Notes: generated from the letters alone by a model not told the origin. Counted from the first letter of the stretch, positions 41,858 through 52,868 are shown. The stretch: DNA of 64,000 bases from Nitrosopumilaceae archaeon (GCA_965214835.1 CBDCCK010000002.1:2624001-2688000); one strand, 5' to 3'. A program made the numbers and translations.

Positions 41858-43286
41858 GTTAAAACGCCCGGGCCCGTAGCAGTGGTGACGTGGATCAACT
41901 GCTGTCTTCCCATGCGCCCCGCGCGCTGACTTCTGAATGCGGTAATTCCGAGCTGCAGTGTTCGTGCACCACGGCGTGCTGATAGATGTGTGCAGTCTCT
42001 GATCCACAAAAAAAGGAAGACGAGAAAAGATGCAAATACAGCATAGGAATAGACATTGGAAAGAGAAAATGCATAGCGTGCATTATGGACGACAAAAAGA
42101 GGATCCAAGAAGAGACGGCATACGAGGACGCCTCCAAGGAGGCAAGTCTGTTTGCTAGGAAGGCAAAGCTCAATTACGGAAGGAACTGCCAGGCCGTCTG
42201 CGAGTCCGCAGGCAACATGTGGCCCAAGACCTGCGAGGCGTTCGAGTCCGCAGGAATACCCAAGCTTGCCAGCACCTACAGGATGCGGATAATCTCGGAC
42301 ATGGATGTAAAGACTGATCCAATCGACGCAAGAAGGTTCGCAAACGCCCTGAGGGCCGGAATGGTTCCCGAGTGCTACGTGGCACCGCCCGAACTCCGGA
42401 GCGTCAGGGAGCTGATACGCTGCAGGATCGGCCCCGTGCAGGCCAGGACGGCCGTGATCAACCGGATCCACAGCCTCCCGGACAGGTATGACGGGAGGAT
42501 CGACTCGTCACACGTATATTCCAAGGGACTCAGGCAGCTGACAGACATGGCACCTGATGATCCCAATGACGGGGGCGGTTCTTGGCGTGCATACCAGAAG
42601 GGTCAGGCAGCCCACGGAGGAGATTGCAGACATCGAGACGAAGACAGCCGCACAGGCCGGCGCCAGCGAGGATGCGAGGATCCCGATGAGCATTCCGGGG
42701 ATCGACTCGCTTGCGGCCATGCTGCTGGTATCTGAGATCGGAGATACTGGCAGATTCAAGACCCCGGGCAAGCTTGTTGCGTGGTTCGGCATGTGTCCGA
42801 CCGTCCACCAGTCCGGCGACAGGGAGTATCACGGTAAGATGAGAAAGACATCCAACCGCAGGCGCAACCGGGCGATGCTTCAGGCTGCGCGCACGGCTGC
42901 CATATACGACGAGAGGATGGGAAGGATCCATGCAGGATCCAAGAAGAGGAACAGCGCAAGGCCCATGGTGGCCAGGACGCACGCGGCAACCAAGATGATC
43001 AGGATCATCTGGTCCATGCTCGTGACAAAGACGCCATACTCCGGACACGATCCCAGGACGTACGACCTCAAGCTGAGCAAGGCAGAGGCTGCTGCCGCTG
43101 TTACTACTGCAGCATCATCCGAGCCGCCATCCGAGGCTAGGGAGAAGACAGCAAAGTAATGCGCACCATTCTCACACGGGGAACAGGCCCCTGTACCCAG
43201 CGTAAGCCATAAGGCGTCCCATATCAAACTAGGCGTGGATCAGAGAGACACAGCTTGCCACCGCTAAAGGGCCCGGGCGTTTTAAC
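41858..43286 (+). mobile_element. IS110-family (IS1111-like) element, transposase 41986-43159 frameshifted near 42570
   Basis: GIDIGK, CES, KTDPIDA, SIPGI, GMCP..QSG; perfect 18-bp IR gttaaaacgcccgggccc. Confidence 0.9.
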
Positions 43287-43419
43287 ATAGATGATGTTGT
43301 ACACCTGAGGGGCCTTTGTTTTTCAGTGTGGGCCTCAGCGATGCAGTGATTCAAGCATGGGTGCTGGTCACGGCGGGGTTTGTGACAGCAACATGGCTTC
43401 CTAGGCCTGCATGGCTTTG

Positions 43420-43701
43420 CTAGGATCGGACGTCGACCCCGTTCCAAAAGGCAATCCTGCCCTTGATTTTTTTGGCAGCGTCGTTTGGCTCGGCATAGTA
43501 CCACGCGCAGTTCTTGTTTGTCCTCCCGTCGACGGTCACAGAGTAATAGCTGGCCACCCCCTTCCAGCCGCAAAACGAGGTAAGGTCGGTCTTTTCAAAA
43601 AACTCGTCCCTTATGGAGTCAGGCGGAAAATAGTGGTTGCCCTCGACGACTATGGTATCGTCGCTTTCTGCAATCACCTGACCATTCCAGACGGCCCTCA
43701 T
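43420..43701 (-). CDS. DUF427 protein
   Basis: AESDDTIVVEGNHYFP..CGWKGVASYY. Confidence 0.92.
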   Translation of the reverse strand: MRAVWNGQVIAESDDTIVVEGNHYFPPDSIRDEFFEKTDLTSFCGWKGVASYYSVTVDGRTNKNCAWYYAEPNDAAKKIKGRIAFWNGVDVRS

Positions 43702-43732
43702 GCAGTACGATATGCCGGGCAGTACTTAATTT

Positions 43733-44989
43733 TTACCAGCTGTCGGCATACCTGGCCTGCCCGGGGGTCAGCCTGTCGATTCTAACTCCCAGGGACGAGA
43801 GTACGCTTTTTGCGATTCTTTCATCCAGGGAGCCGGGTACCGGGATCACCGCGGTGGGCAGTCTTTTGTGGCACCTTGCAATGTGTATAATCGACAGCAG
43901 CTGGTTTGCAAACGACTGGTCCATTACCTCTGGAGGGTGCCCTCCGGTTGCCACAAGGTTGGCCACGCGTCCCTTGGAGACAAGGAATATCTTCTTGCCG
44001 CCTGCCAGGGTGCACTCGTCTAGACCTGCACGGACCTGCCTCACAGGCCTTGATCTGAGCAGGTATCTCGAGTCGACCTCGACGTCAAAGTGTCCAGCAT
44101 TGCCTACGACTGCGCCGGACTTCATGGATTCGATGTGTTGGGGGGCAATCACGCAGGTCATTCCGGTACAGGTGATAAAGACATCTCCGACTCTTGCAGC
44201 AGAATCCATCGTCATGACCTCAAACCCGTCCATGTGCGCCTCAAGCGCCTTGACGGGATCAACCTCAGTGACAATGACCCTTGCCCCCATACCGCGGCAT
44301 CTAGAGGCTACGCCCTTGCCGACCCAGCCATAGCCTGCAACCACCACCTGCTTGGCGGCAAGCAGTAGGCCCACTGCGTGAAGATACCCGTCAACGGTGC
44401 TCTGGCCGGTCCCGTACCTGTTGTCAAACAGGTGCTTTGTGCGGGCGTCGTTGACGGCGATGACGGGATAGCGCAATAGTCCGGACTTTTCCAAGGATCG
44501 AATCCTTGAGACGCCTGTAGTGGTCTCCTCTGTGCCCCCGAGGATCTTCAGCTTGCTGAACCCGGGATCAAGGTGGGCAAGAAGGCTCAGCTCGGCGCCG
44601 TCGTCGGCCACGATGTCGGGCCTGTGCCCTAGTACCTGCCGCACGCACCAGGCAAACTCCCTCCGGGTCTGGCCCGACCAGGCATAGACGGCAATCCCCC
44701 TAGAGTCCAGAAATGCCGCAATGTCATCCTGCGTGGTCAGGGGGTTTCCAGAGGAGGCGGCCACGCGGGCGCCCAGCTCCCTGGCGCCGGCAAGCAGCAC
44801 GGCAGTCTCCTTTGTAAGTTGCAAGCAAAACCCCAAGGTAAGCCCCGAGAGCGGTCTTGACTTTCTGAGGCAGCCAATTATGCCGGCCAGGACAGGCATG
44901 TGGGTGCGGGCCCACTCGTAGGAGAGCCGTCCCTGCCTTGCCAGCCCTCTGTCTTTGATCCTGCTCAACGAGTAAGGTGGCAGGCGCAT
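43733..44989 (-). CDS. ahcY: Adenosylhomocysteinase
   Basis: NPLTTQD, EETTTG, KHLFDNRYGTGQS, GYGWVGKG, GHFDVE. Confidence 0.96.
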   Translation of the reverse strand: MRLPPYSLSRIKDRGLARQGRLSYEWARTHMPVLAGIIGCLRKSRPLSGLTLGFCLQLTKETAVLLAGARELGARVAASSGNPLTTQDDIAAFLDSRGIAVYAWSGQTRREFAWCVRQVLGHRPDIVADDGAELSLLAHLDPGFSKLKILGGTEETTTGVSRIRSLEKSGLLRYPVIAVNDARTKHLFDNRYGTGQSTVDGYLHAVGLLLAAKQVVVAGYGWVGKGVASRCRGMGARVIVTEVDPVKALEAHMDGFEVMTMDSAARVGDVFITCTGMTCVIAPQHIESMKSGAVVGNAGHFDVEVDSRYLLRSRPVRQVRAGLDECTLAGGKKIFLVSKGRVANLVATGGHPPEVMDQSFANQLLSIIHIARCHKRLPTAVIPVPGSLDERIAKSVLSSLGVRIDRLTPGQARYADSW

Positions 44990-45015
44990 GGAATTAAGAG
45001 TTGGTTCCCGGGCGG

Positions 45016-46455
45016 TTACTCGCCCTTCATCTCCTTGCGGGATCGAAACTCAGGGGTTATTCCTAGGGATGCATAGTTTCCCGAGGAGCAGGTAAAGCAC
45101 ATCGAGTCGGCTGGGATTCCCACGGCATCTGCCAGATTTTCTGCGTCGTTGTACCCCAAAAAGTCCGCACCGATGCTCTGCCTTACCATGTCGGTCAGCT
45201 CTGCATCGGAGAGATCCCCCCCATCAGAGAACGTGGCCAGCTCCTCCTGTGACGGAAAGTCGATTCCGGCATAGCAGGGGAACCTGATCGGCGGATAGGT
45301 GATTATCATGCTTATCCTGCGCGCGCCTGAGCGCCGCAGTGCCTTGATGATTGCACGGGAGCTGGTTCCGCGCACAAGGCTGTCGTCGACGACTACGACA
45401 TGCTTGCCCTCGATGATCTCCTTGATGGGTATGATCCAGCGGTTGATCTCCACGCGATCGGTCTGGTGCGGCTCTATAAAGCTGCGCAGGGGCCCCTTCC
45501 TGCTGTAGCGGTCCTTTAGAAGCCCCTCGTCAAAGGATACCCCGAGCTCTTGCGCATATCCTAGTGCCGCAGGCCTTGCAGAGTCGGGGACCGGAATGAC
45601 GAGATCGGCATCCCCCAGGGGGAACTTTTTTGCAAGGAGGCGGCCGATGTTCTTTCTTGCGACATAGATGTTTGTCCCCTCCATGTTGCTTGATGGGTGT
45701 GCAAAGTACGTAAACTCAAAGGAGCAGTGGGCGCGGGAGTCATCCTCGGAGAACCGCTCGGTCTCGATGCCGTCCCTGCTCAGGCGGATCAGCTCCCCGG
45801 GCAAGACGTTTCGCTTAAGCCTTGCGCCGACCGAGGACAGCGCCGAGGATTCTGATGCGACGATATGGGCATCATCTGACTCTTTGTGGCCCAGGACCAT
45901 GGGCCTGAATCCCTTGGGGTCGCGCGCAGCATAGACGGAGCCGTCATCGGAGATGAATGTAAAGCAGTACGAGCCTACCATCTCGTTTTTCAGGATGGAG
46001 AGCGCCTTGCCCATCTGGCCGTTCTCGGAGATCAGGCCTACCAGTCGCTGGGCGGCCACCAGGGTGTCGCTTGCGTTCTGCGGGGTAAACGAGCAGCCGC
46101 CTACAAGGTTTGAGAGCTCTTGGACGTTGGCAATGGTGCCGTTGTGCGCAACGCAGAGATCCTTGACCTTGAGTGGCTGGGCGTTATCCAGCGAGCTTTT
46201 GCCGATTGTCGAGTATCGGACATGCCCGATTACGCAGGGTGATGCGTACTCCTCGGCTATCTTCTTAAAGTCAGACGAGGAGGCAGTCACCAGGCCCAGG
46301 CGTTTTAGCGGCTCCTTGTTGGGGATTGCAATGCCCCATGCCTCCTGCCCCCTGTGCTGCAGCGCGCGCAGGGCGTCGATTGCCATGGGGATGACGTTGG
46401 TTCCAGACAGGCTGTAAATCCCGACTACGCCACAATTCTCTTTGATCTCAGGCAT
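45016..46455 (-). CDS. purF: Amidophosphoribosyltransferase
   Basis: ENCGVVG, QHRGQE, GHVRYST, DDSLVRGTS. Confidence 0.97.
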   Translation of the reverse strand: MPEIKENCGVVGIYSLSGTNVIPMAIDALRALQHRGQEAWGIAIPNKEPLKRLGLVTASSSDFKKIAEEYASPCVIGHVRYSTIGKSSLDNAQPLKVKDLCVAHNGTIANVQELSNLVGGCSFTPQNASDTLVAAQRLVGLISENGQMGKALSILKNEMVGSYCFTFISDDGSVYAARDPKGFRPMVLGHKESDDAHIVASESSALSSVGARLKRNVLPGELIRLSRDGIETERFSEDDSRAHCSFEFTYFAHPSSNMEGTNIYVARKNIGRLLAKKFPLGDADLVIPVPDSARPAALGYAQELGVSFDEGLLKDRYSRKGPLRSFIEPHQTDRVEINRWIIPIKEIIEGKHVVVVDDSLVRGTSSRAIIKALRRSGARRISMIITYPPIRFPCYAGIDFPSQEELATFSDGGDLSDAELTDMVRQSIGADFLGYNDAENLADAVGIPADSMCFTCSSGNYASLGITPEFRSRKEMKGE

Positions 46456-48610
46456 GCAAAACCAACTCTAACGATTTTAACCAGCCTGTCCGCGCCTTAT
46501 CAACGCTTAGGCAGACTGCCTTGGAGGATCCGAGTCCAAACTCAATTTGATCGCCCCCGAACTGCCCTACCATGCCGTGGCTTACCCCCCTTTTAGAGAG
46601 CAGCTTTCCTACCTCGGATCTGTTTTTCCCAGATACGACTAGCAGGTACCTTGAATGGCTCTCTGAGAAGAGCGACTTGTCGACTGCAAGCACGTCTCCT
46701 GGCAGATTCTCAAGCATGACGCGGCAGCCAATCCCGCCGGTCATGCACAGCTCAGATACTGCCACTGCCAGCCCGCCCTTTGAGCAGTCGTGGGCGTTTT
46801 GCAGCAGATCCCCCTCGATCAGTGACAGGACAGCGTCCATGCTGCCCTTGGACTGTGCAAAGTCGACCTCGGGGCACCTGCCGCCAACGAACCTGTGGAT
46901 GTACTCGTAATACTCAGAGCCACCCATCTCATCACGGGTGTCCCCAATGACGAACAGCGAGTCCCCCTCTCTGATCTGCCGCGGATGCGGCGGCATTTTG
47001 TCGGCTAGTCCCAGGATCCCGATCAGTGGGGTGGGCTTGATTGGGCCCCGGGGCGTCTCGTTGTACAGGCTGACCTTTCCGCCCACGCAGGGGATTTTAA
47101 AGTGCCTAGCAAAGTCTGCAATCCCCTGTAGGGACTCTACAAACGTCCAGAAGATTTCCGGATCCTCTGGATTTCCAAACTGCAGGTGGTCTACCATCCC
47201 GACCGGCCTGGCCCCGGTACACACTATGTTGCGGCACGCCTCCTCAAAGCACCCCATTGCACCCTGGCGGGGGTTGAGGTAGCACTGCTTGGGATTGCCG
47301 TCGATTTTGATCGAGAGGAACCTGCCGTTATCCAGCCTCAGGACGGACGCGTCTGCCCCGGGCTTTACTACGGTCCGGATTCCAACCTCGTGATCATACT
47401 GCCCGTATGCCCAGATCCTGCTTGCGATGTTGGGGGACCTTAACAGCCTGAAGAGGGTCTCTGTCAGGTCAGAGGGGGCCTTCAGCCGGGGATCCGTGTT
47501 GATTTTGTCTATGTAAGACGGCCTCCTTGAGGGCCTGTCCAAGAGTTTGGCGTTTGCGACGACGCAGGCAGGCAGGTCTGCAAGCGTTTTTTCCCCCTGC
47601 CTTACCCTCATCATCCCGTCGGATTTTACGCAGCCGATGACGGACAGCTGCACCCTGTACTTTGCACACAGGCCTTTGAGTCCCTCAAGTCCGGGCCCGT
47701 CGGTGATTATGAGCATCCGCTCCTGGGACTCGGAGATCATGATTTCGTCGGGGCGCATCCCCCGCTCCCTGGTGTGCACTGCATCGATGTCCATCTCGAT
47801 TCCGACGCCCAGTGCGTCTGCGGTCTCAGAAACAGCACACGAGAGGCCGCCGCCGCCAAGATCCTTGATGGCCTTGATCAGTCCCCGGTTTCGCGCCTCC
47901 AGGACGACCTCGATTATCAGCTTTTCAATGAAGGGATCTGGAATCTGGACGGCGGAGCGATCCTGACCCTCCAGTGAGTCAGACGCAAACTGCGAGCCGC
48001 CGACGCCGTCGCGGCCCGTCGAGCCGCCAAGCAGCACCACATGGTCGCCCTCATCGGCACGGTTCTTGATCAGGCTTCCCCTTTTGCCAAAACCGACGGA
48101 TGCCACGTCGACTAGCGCATAGTCTGCATAGCAGGCATCAAACTCAATTTCCCCCCCAATCGTGGGAACCCCCAGGCAGTTCCCATAGTCGGCAATTCCG
48201 GCCACGGCATTCTTGAAGAGCCATCTTGCCTGGGCGTCCGTTTCAATGTCGCCAAAGCGCAGGCCGTCAAGGATTGCAATCGGCCGGGTTCCCGCAGACA
48301 GGATATCGCGGATTACGCCGCCGACGCCTGTTGCCGCACCGCCGTAGGGCTCCACGGCAGATGGGTGATTGTGGCTCTCGATGTGCACCGTGACTACGTA
48401 TCCGCCGCCCACATCCAAGACGCCAGAGTCGTATCCCTTCTCGCTTATTACCAGCGGGCCGTCCATCGGCAGGACTCCCAGGTGCTTTTTTGAGGACTTG
48501 TAGGAGCAGTGCTCTGACCACTCTGCGGCAGCAATCTGAAGCTCCGTGGAGGTCGGATCCCGCCCGATTTTGGACCTTAGATACTCCAGCTCCTGCTGCT
48601 CCAGACTCAT
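46448..48610 (-). CDS. purL: FGAM synthase subunit PurL
   Basis: WSEHCSYKSS, ESHNHPS, GGKVSLYN. Confidence 0.97.
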   Translation of the reverse strand: MSLEQQELEYLRSKIGRDPTSTELQIAAAEWSEHCSYKSSKKHLGVLPMDGPLVISEKGYDSGVLDVGGGYVVTVHIESHNHPSAVEPYGGAATGVGGVIRDILSAGTRPIAILDGLRFGDIETDAQARWLFKNAVAGIADYGNCLGVPTIGGEIEFDACYADYALVDVASVGFGKRGSLIKNRADEGDHVVLLGGSTGRDGVGGSQFASDSLEGQDRSAVQIPDPFIEKLIIEVVLEARNRGLIKAIKDLGGGGLSCAVSETADALGVGIEMDIDAVHTRERGMRPDEIMISESQERMLIITDGPGLEGLKGLCAKYRVQLSVIGCVKSDGMMRVRQGEKTLADLPACVVANAKLLDRPSRRPSYIDKINTDPRLKAPSDLTETLFRLLRSPNIASRIWAYGQYDHEVGIRTVVKPGADASVLRLDNGRFLSIKIDGNPKQCYLNPRQGAMGCFEEACRNIVCTGARPVGMVDHLQFGNPEDPEIFWTFVESLQGIADFARHFKIPCVGGKVSLYNETPRGPIKPTPLIGILGLADKMPPHPRQIREGDSLFVIGDTRDEMGGSEYYEYIHRFVGGRCPEVDFAQSKGSMDAVLSLIEGDLLQNAHDCSKGGLAVAVSELCMTGGIGCRVMLENLPGDVLAVDKSLFSESHSRYLLVVSGKNRSEVGKLLSKRGVSHGMVGQFGGDQIEFGLGSSKAVCLSVDKARTGWLKSLELVLHA

Positions 48611-49287
48611 TTTTGCACACCTGCTGTCTCTAGCAGCGACTCGAAGATTTTTGACGAGGGCCTGTGATCAACGGGGTTGATTTCGGATTCGGCTGCGCGC
48701 TCGGGGTGGGGCATCATGCCCACGACGTTTCCATCCCTGTTGCACACGCCTGCAATCTGATCAGAGGAGCCGTTTACGGGCTTTTCATACCTAAAGACAA
48801 CCTGGCCGTTTCGCCTCAGCTCCCCGAGGGTTTGCTCATCGGCATAGTACCTTCCCTCGCCGTTTGCGATGGGGATTGGGATTTTTTGGTGGTGCCTGAG
48901 CCGGCAGGTAAACGGAGTCTTGTTGTTCTCTACGATCAGGTTGGTCCACTCGCACATAAAGTTCAGTGACGTGTTTTTGAGCAGCGCCCCGGGCAAAAGC
49001 CCGGACTCTACTAGGATCTGGAATCCGTTGCACACGCCCAAGACAGGGGTTCCCTTGTCGGCCATTTTTTTGACATCCGATATGATCGGGCTGTGCGCTG
49101 CAATGACTCCCGAGCGCAGCCTGTCCCCGTATGAAAATCCCCCTGGAAGGACGACTGCATCTAGGTTCTTTGGCAGGGAGTCCTCATGCCAAAAGTATTT
49201 GGTGTCCAAATTGAAGACGTCTGAAAGGACGTGATACATGTCTCGATCGCAGTTACTTCCCGGGAAAACTACAACGGCGACCTTCAC
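48607..49287 (-). CDS. purQ: FGAM synthase subunit PurQ
   Basis: FPGSNCD, GGFSYGD, GVCNGFQ, MMPHPER. Confidence 0.97.
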   Translation of the reverse strand: MKVAVVVFPGSNCDRDMYHVLSDVFNLDTKYFWHEDSLPKNLDAVVLPGGFSYGDRLRSGVIAAHSPIISDVKKMADKGTPVLGVCNGFQILVESGLLPGALLKNTSLNFMCEWTNLIVENNKTPFTCRLRHHQKIPIPIANGEGRYYADEQTLGELRRNGQVVFRYEKPVNGSSDQIAGVCNRDGNVVGMMPHPERAAESEINPVDHRPSSKIFESLLETAGVQK

Positions 49288-49351
49288 AATGACACTGGGG
49301 TACTTGATCTATTTAATTTGAATCGAGGCCGAGGTGGCAGGTGCCTGATCG

Positions 49352-49621
49352 CTACGGGCCCTCTACGTCATAGGCAGCCCTGCTGACAAGGGGGTTGAGT
49401 ACTCGGAGCTCGTCACAGAGCCTGCGAACTGTTTTTTCAGCCTCTTCTTTGTCCTTTTCCTCAACGGTAAACTTTAGCATTTTTGCGGTCCTTACTTGGG
49501 ATACGGAGGAAAAACTTCCCTTCAGTACAAGATCATTGAGGATTGTAGCTCCCTCTGGATCGGCTATCCCGGGCTTGTTCTCAATCGTCACGCGTACGCT
49601 GTAGGCGGGCACAAAAACCAA
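49352..49621 (-). CDS. purS: FGAM synthase subunit PurS
   Basis: KPGIADPEG..VRTAK..NPLV, upstream of purQ. Confidence 0.93.
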   Translation of the reverse strand: MVFVPAYSVRVTIENKPGIADPEGATILNDLVLKGSFSSVSQVRTAKMLKFTVEEKDKEEAEKTVRRLCDELRVLNPLVSRAAYDVEGP

Positions 49622-50333
49622 TCACAATCATGTGATTATAATCCTTCTCAAAGGATGACTCGGTCAGTTAGGCTGAGCACGGTGGGCTGAGGCGGAAAGC
49701 AGGCACTAGTCCTAGGCCCACACGGGCACCTCGACCCAGCCGACACGTCCAGTCCACGTATGCGCCATGTCCCGATGCACGATACCATGATGCCAGGCAT
49801 CCCTTCATGCCGCCGGGGGTGCGCAGCCCGTACCGCATTCCCCACCGTATGGCTATCCCGTGCATGGGCCCCCTCGTCCCCGTCGTTGGTGTGCTACATG
49901 TCATGATACCTGGCAAAGGTGGATGTGTACGGGGCCGCAGCTAACGCGCATGCCAAAAAATAGATCATATCTTTGGCATATCGTGCCTATTTCGATAAGA
50001 AATGATCCGCTTTCAGCTGTACGCATCATGGCATCAGGATTGCCTGCTGCAGGCCTTCCCCCATCAGGAGTGTTGTCTCGTATCTCTAGGCTGCCGCCTA
50101 ATTCACGAGCTCCCAAAAGCCACGACACATCATCAGGACTACGCGTAAAGGGGAGTGAGGACTCAGAAAAATGTGCAGTTTGAGCCAAACGGGTGGAATT
50201 ATACTACAGCCCCCGTATCTCTGGAAACAAGCCGGGGAGGTTTTTTCGGCGGGATGGCATCCGGGCCGCAGAGACTGCCGGTGCAGTGCCGCGCACTGTA
50301 TTGGAATTTATAGTAGAGGATGGCCGAAAAGAC

Positions 50334-50798
50334 ATGGCAAGGGCGCGATACTGGAAGCTAACGGCAGACGAGGTCGCAGAGTTCAGGTACGACGAGGACA
50401 AGCTGCTAAACTGGGACATAAAATGCGTCAGGGAGCCAGAGGAGGAGGCCATTTTTGTCGGAGTCTTCATGTACAGAAACGGAACGCCGTTTGACTATGA
50501 ATCAATCAGGGGGCTGGCCTATTACCACAACCACATCCCAAGGGGCGAGCTGCCAGGCATCACCAAGTTTTTGAAGAGCAGGTTCGGCGGCGAGGGGATG
50601 GAAAAGGGGGACCGCGTATTCCTCAAGGGCTCCAGGGAGATCTTTTCCGGGCAGGATATCGGCGGGCTGGCAGGGGATCTGGAGGGGTTCCTCAAGGCCA
50701 CAGCTACGATTACCTTGGAGTTTAAGGACTTTGATGAGGAGGCGATGGCAGCGGCGGGCCTGCCGGCAGGAAAGCTGCTGCCCATACCTGCCAAGTAG
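50334..50798 (+). CDS. Hypothetical protein upstream of tatC
   Basis: MARARYWKL...KLLPIPAK; ATG 50334 preferred over the track start. Confidence 0.75.
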   Translation: MARARYWKLTADEVAEFRYDEDKLLNWDIKCVREPEEEAIFVGVFMYRNGTPFDYESIRGLAYYHNHIPRGELPGITKFLKSRFGGEGMEKGDRVFLKGSREIFSGQDIGGLAGDLEGFLKATATITLEFKDFDEEAMAAAGLPAGKLLPIPAK

Positions 50799-50828
50799 AT
50801 AAATTACAGAAAAATCCATTGAATCCAG

Positions 50829-51626
50829 ATGTCAGAACTTGAGGCATTCAGGGAACACCTGGAGGAGCTAAGAAAAAGGGTGCTCAGAATCGTCATCATA
50901 ATAGGAATCGTGACGGCTGCGCTGCTGACCATCCACCTAGAGCCCGTAGAATACTTGGGACTAGGCCTGTATTATCCCACTGTGGAGCCTCTAAACAACG
51001 TTGCAGCGCAGATTACAGTCTATATGAAGTCAGCGCTGCTGCCAGAAGAGGTCCAGCTGATTCAGACATCCCCAGGGCAGGCGTTCTTTTCACAGGTTTA
51101 CATAGCAGCGCTTGCGGGGATCATGGCCGGCATGCCGGTGATCGTAAGGGAGCTTGTCGCATTCATCAGGCCCGCATTAAAGGAAAACGAGATCAAGGTA
51201 GGCAGGACCGTAACTGCCCCGGCGGTGGGACTGTTTGCAGGTGGGGCGATCTTCTCATACCTGGCAGTGGTTCCGTACATTTTGGAGTTCCTGTACGGGT
51301 ACGGCAAGTCAGCGGGGATACTGGAATTCCTCAACGTGATTGATTTTGTCACATTTGTGCTGCAGTTCATGCTGGCGTTTGGATTCTCGTTTCAGCTGCC
51401 GCTGATCATGTATGCATCCACTGCATCTGGAATGACAGGTCCGGAGTTTTGGAGGAGAAACATCCGGTATGCGGTGGTTGCAATTGTGGTGTTCGGGGCA
51501 GTAATCACGCCGGACGGAACCGGCGTCTCGATGTGGCTGATTGCAGGTCCGATGATCGGGCTGTATCTTGCAGGCATGGCAGTCATTGAAAGAAACGAGC
51601 GAAAATCTAGAACACTTAAATCTTAA
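50829..51626 (+). CDS. tatC: Twin-arginine translocase TatC
   Basis: EHLEELRKR, FIRPAL, FGFSFQLP, ITPD. Confidence 0.96.
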   Translation: MSELEAFREHLEELRKRVLRIVIIIGIVTAALLTIHLEPVEYLGLGLYYPTVEPLNNVAAQITVYMKSALLPEEVQLIQTSPGQAFFSQVYIAALAGIMAGMPVIVRELVAFIRPALKENEIKVGRTVTAPAVGLFAGGAIFSYLAVVPYILEFLYGYGKSAGILEFLNVIDFVTFVLQFMLAFGFSFQLPLIMYASTASGMTGPEFWRRNIRYAVVAIVVFGAVITPDGTGVSMWLIAGPMIGLYLAGMAVIERNERKSRTLKS

Positions 51627-51644
51627 TTTGTGGGAAAAGGATCA

Positions 51645-51848
51645 ATGCTGCCTACTCTAACCGGCTTTATTGCGGGCCAGGAATGGATCTTCATCATTGT
51701 GATTGCAGTGGTGTTCATTTTTGGCGCCAAAAAGATACCGGAACTGGCAAAAACCTTCGGCAAGGCCAAGGGAGAGTTTGAGAAGGGCAAGATCGAAGGC
51801 GAAAAGGAGCTCAACGACTTTAAGGAAAAAAAGTCAAAACCAGACTAG
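51645..51848 (+). CDS. tatA: Twin-arginine translocase TatA
   Basis: FGAKKIPELAKTFGKAKGEF. Confidence 0.95.
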   Translation: MLPTLTGFIAGQEWIFIIVIAVVFIFGAKKIPELAKTFGKAKGEFEKGKIEGEKELNDFKEKKSKPD

Positions 51849-52300
51849 CCTTCTGCCAGCCTTGCAAGCTCGCCGGTGATCCCTTCCAGCCCGCTCTGCA
51901 GCCTGTCTCTTCCAAAAAATCCGGCAAGCCTCGTGACCACCCCCAATTTTATGTCAGCATCAACGATGATTTTGGTTCCACCCGGGAACTCCTCGTATCT
52001 TTCCACGATATGGCTCCCCTTTGCATCTCCTCCTATGACAAAGACCTCGTGCATGTCTGGGCAGCAAACGACATGCTTGGTCATCATCACAAGCTCCCTG
52101 CCAGAAAGGCGGACGTGCTGCTCGACTACGGTTACATTGCCACGGCTTGAGCGGATCCGAACCGATGGAAAGTACTGGGGCATTGTCTTTTGGAATGACC
52201 CATAGTCTACGGCAGCGTCAAAAACCTTGCTGCGCTTGGCCCTGGCGATTTTCTCGTACCTTACTCTAGGCAAACCGCTATCTGGTTCCCCATCTTTTGT
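51845..52300 (-). CDS. SRPBCC/polyketide cyclase-like protein
   Basis: KVFDAAVDYGSFQKTMP..GTKIIVDADI; start uncertain. Confidence 0.75.
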   Translation of the reverse strand, partial: TKDGEPDSGLPRVRYEKIARAKRSKVFDAAVDYGSFQKTMPQYFPSVRIRSSRGNVTVVEQHVRLSGRELVMMTKHVVCCPDMHEVFVIGGDAKGSHIVERYEEFPGGTKIIVDADIKLGVVTRLAGFFGRDRLQSGLEGITGELARLAEG

Positions 52301-52835
52301 ATAAATTATGATCCAAGCCGAACTGATCCAGGCACTTTCCGACGCCATGATTCACCAGGTCATCGATGGACTCGGGCTTTGTGTAAAACTCTGTAGCGGG
52401 CGGCAGGATCACAACCCCCAGCCTTGCAAGCTTTAGCATGTTTTCAAGATGTATTGCAGAGAGTGGGGTCTCCCGTGCCAGCAGGACAAGCCTTCTTGAT
52501 TCCTTGATCGTGACGCCGGCAGCGCGCGAGATCAGGTTCTCGTCATACCCGCTTGCGATGCTTGAGAGTGTCTTCATGCTGCAGGGCAGCACCATCATCC
52601 CATCAACCCCGAAGGTTCCGCTAGATATGCCGGCTGCCATGTTCCTGTCGTCATAGACCTTGTCTGCCAGGGATCTCACATAGTCGGCGTCATGCTGGGT
52701 CTCCATGGCTATGCATTTTCCCGCCCACTCGCTGATCACCAGGTGGGTCTCAACCCCCAGATCCCTGAGGACCTCCAGTGCGCGGATTCCGTAGACTGCC
52801 CCCGTGCTGCCAGTCATTCCAACTATCAGGCGCAT
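52278..52835 (-). CDS. ubiX: Flavin prenyltransferase
   Basis: GMTGSTG, ISSG, PCSMKTL, RETPL. Confidence 0.95.
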   Translation of the reverse strand: MRLIVGMTGSTGAVYGIRALEVLRDLGVETHLVISEWAGKCIAMETQHDADYVRSLADKVYDDRNMAAGISSGTFGVDGMMVLPCSMKTLSSIASGYDENLISRAAGVTIKESRRLVLLARETPLSAIHLENMLKLARLGVVILPPATEFYTKPESIDDLVNHGVGKCLDQFGLDHNLYKRWGTR

Positions 52836-52868
52836 ATGGAACCAAGATGCCTTGCAGTATTTTATCTA

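Noticed and set aside
43733-49621. Antisense and overlapping ORFs over ahcY-pur genes and over transposases
   Set aside because: Shadow frames of well-supported genes.
49650-49920. SRP RNA, RNase P RNA or TnpB omegaRNA
   Set aside because: No conserved motifs recognised; an IS66 relic fits better.
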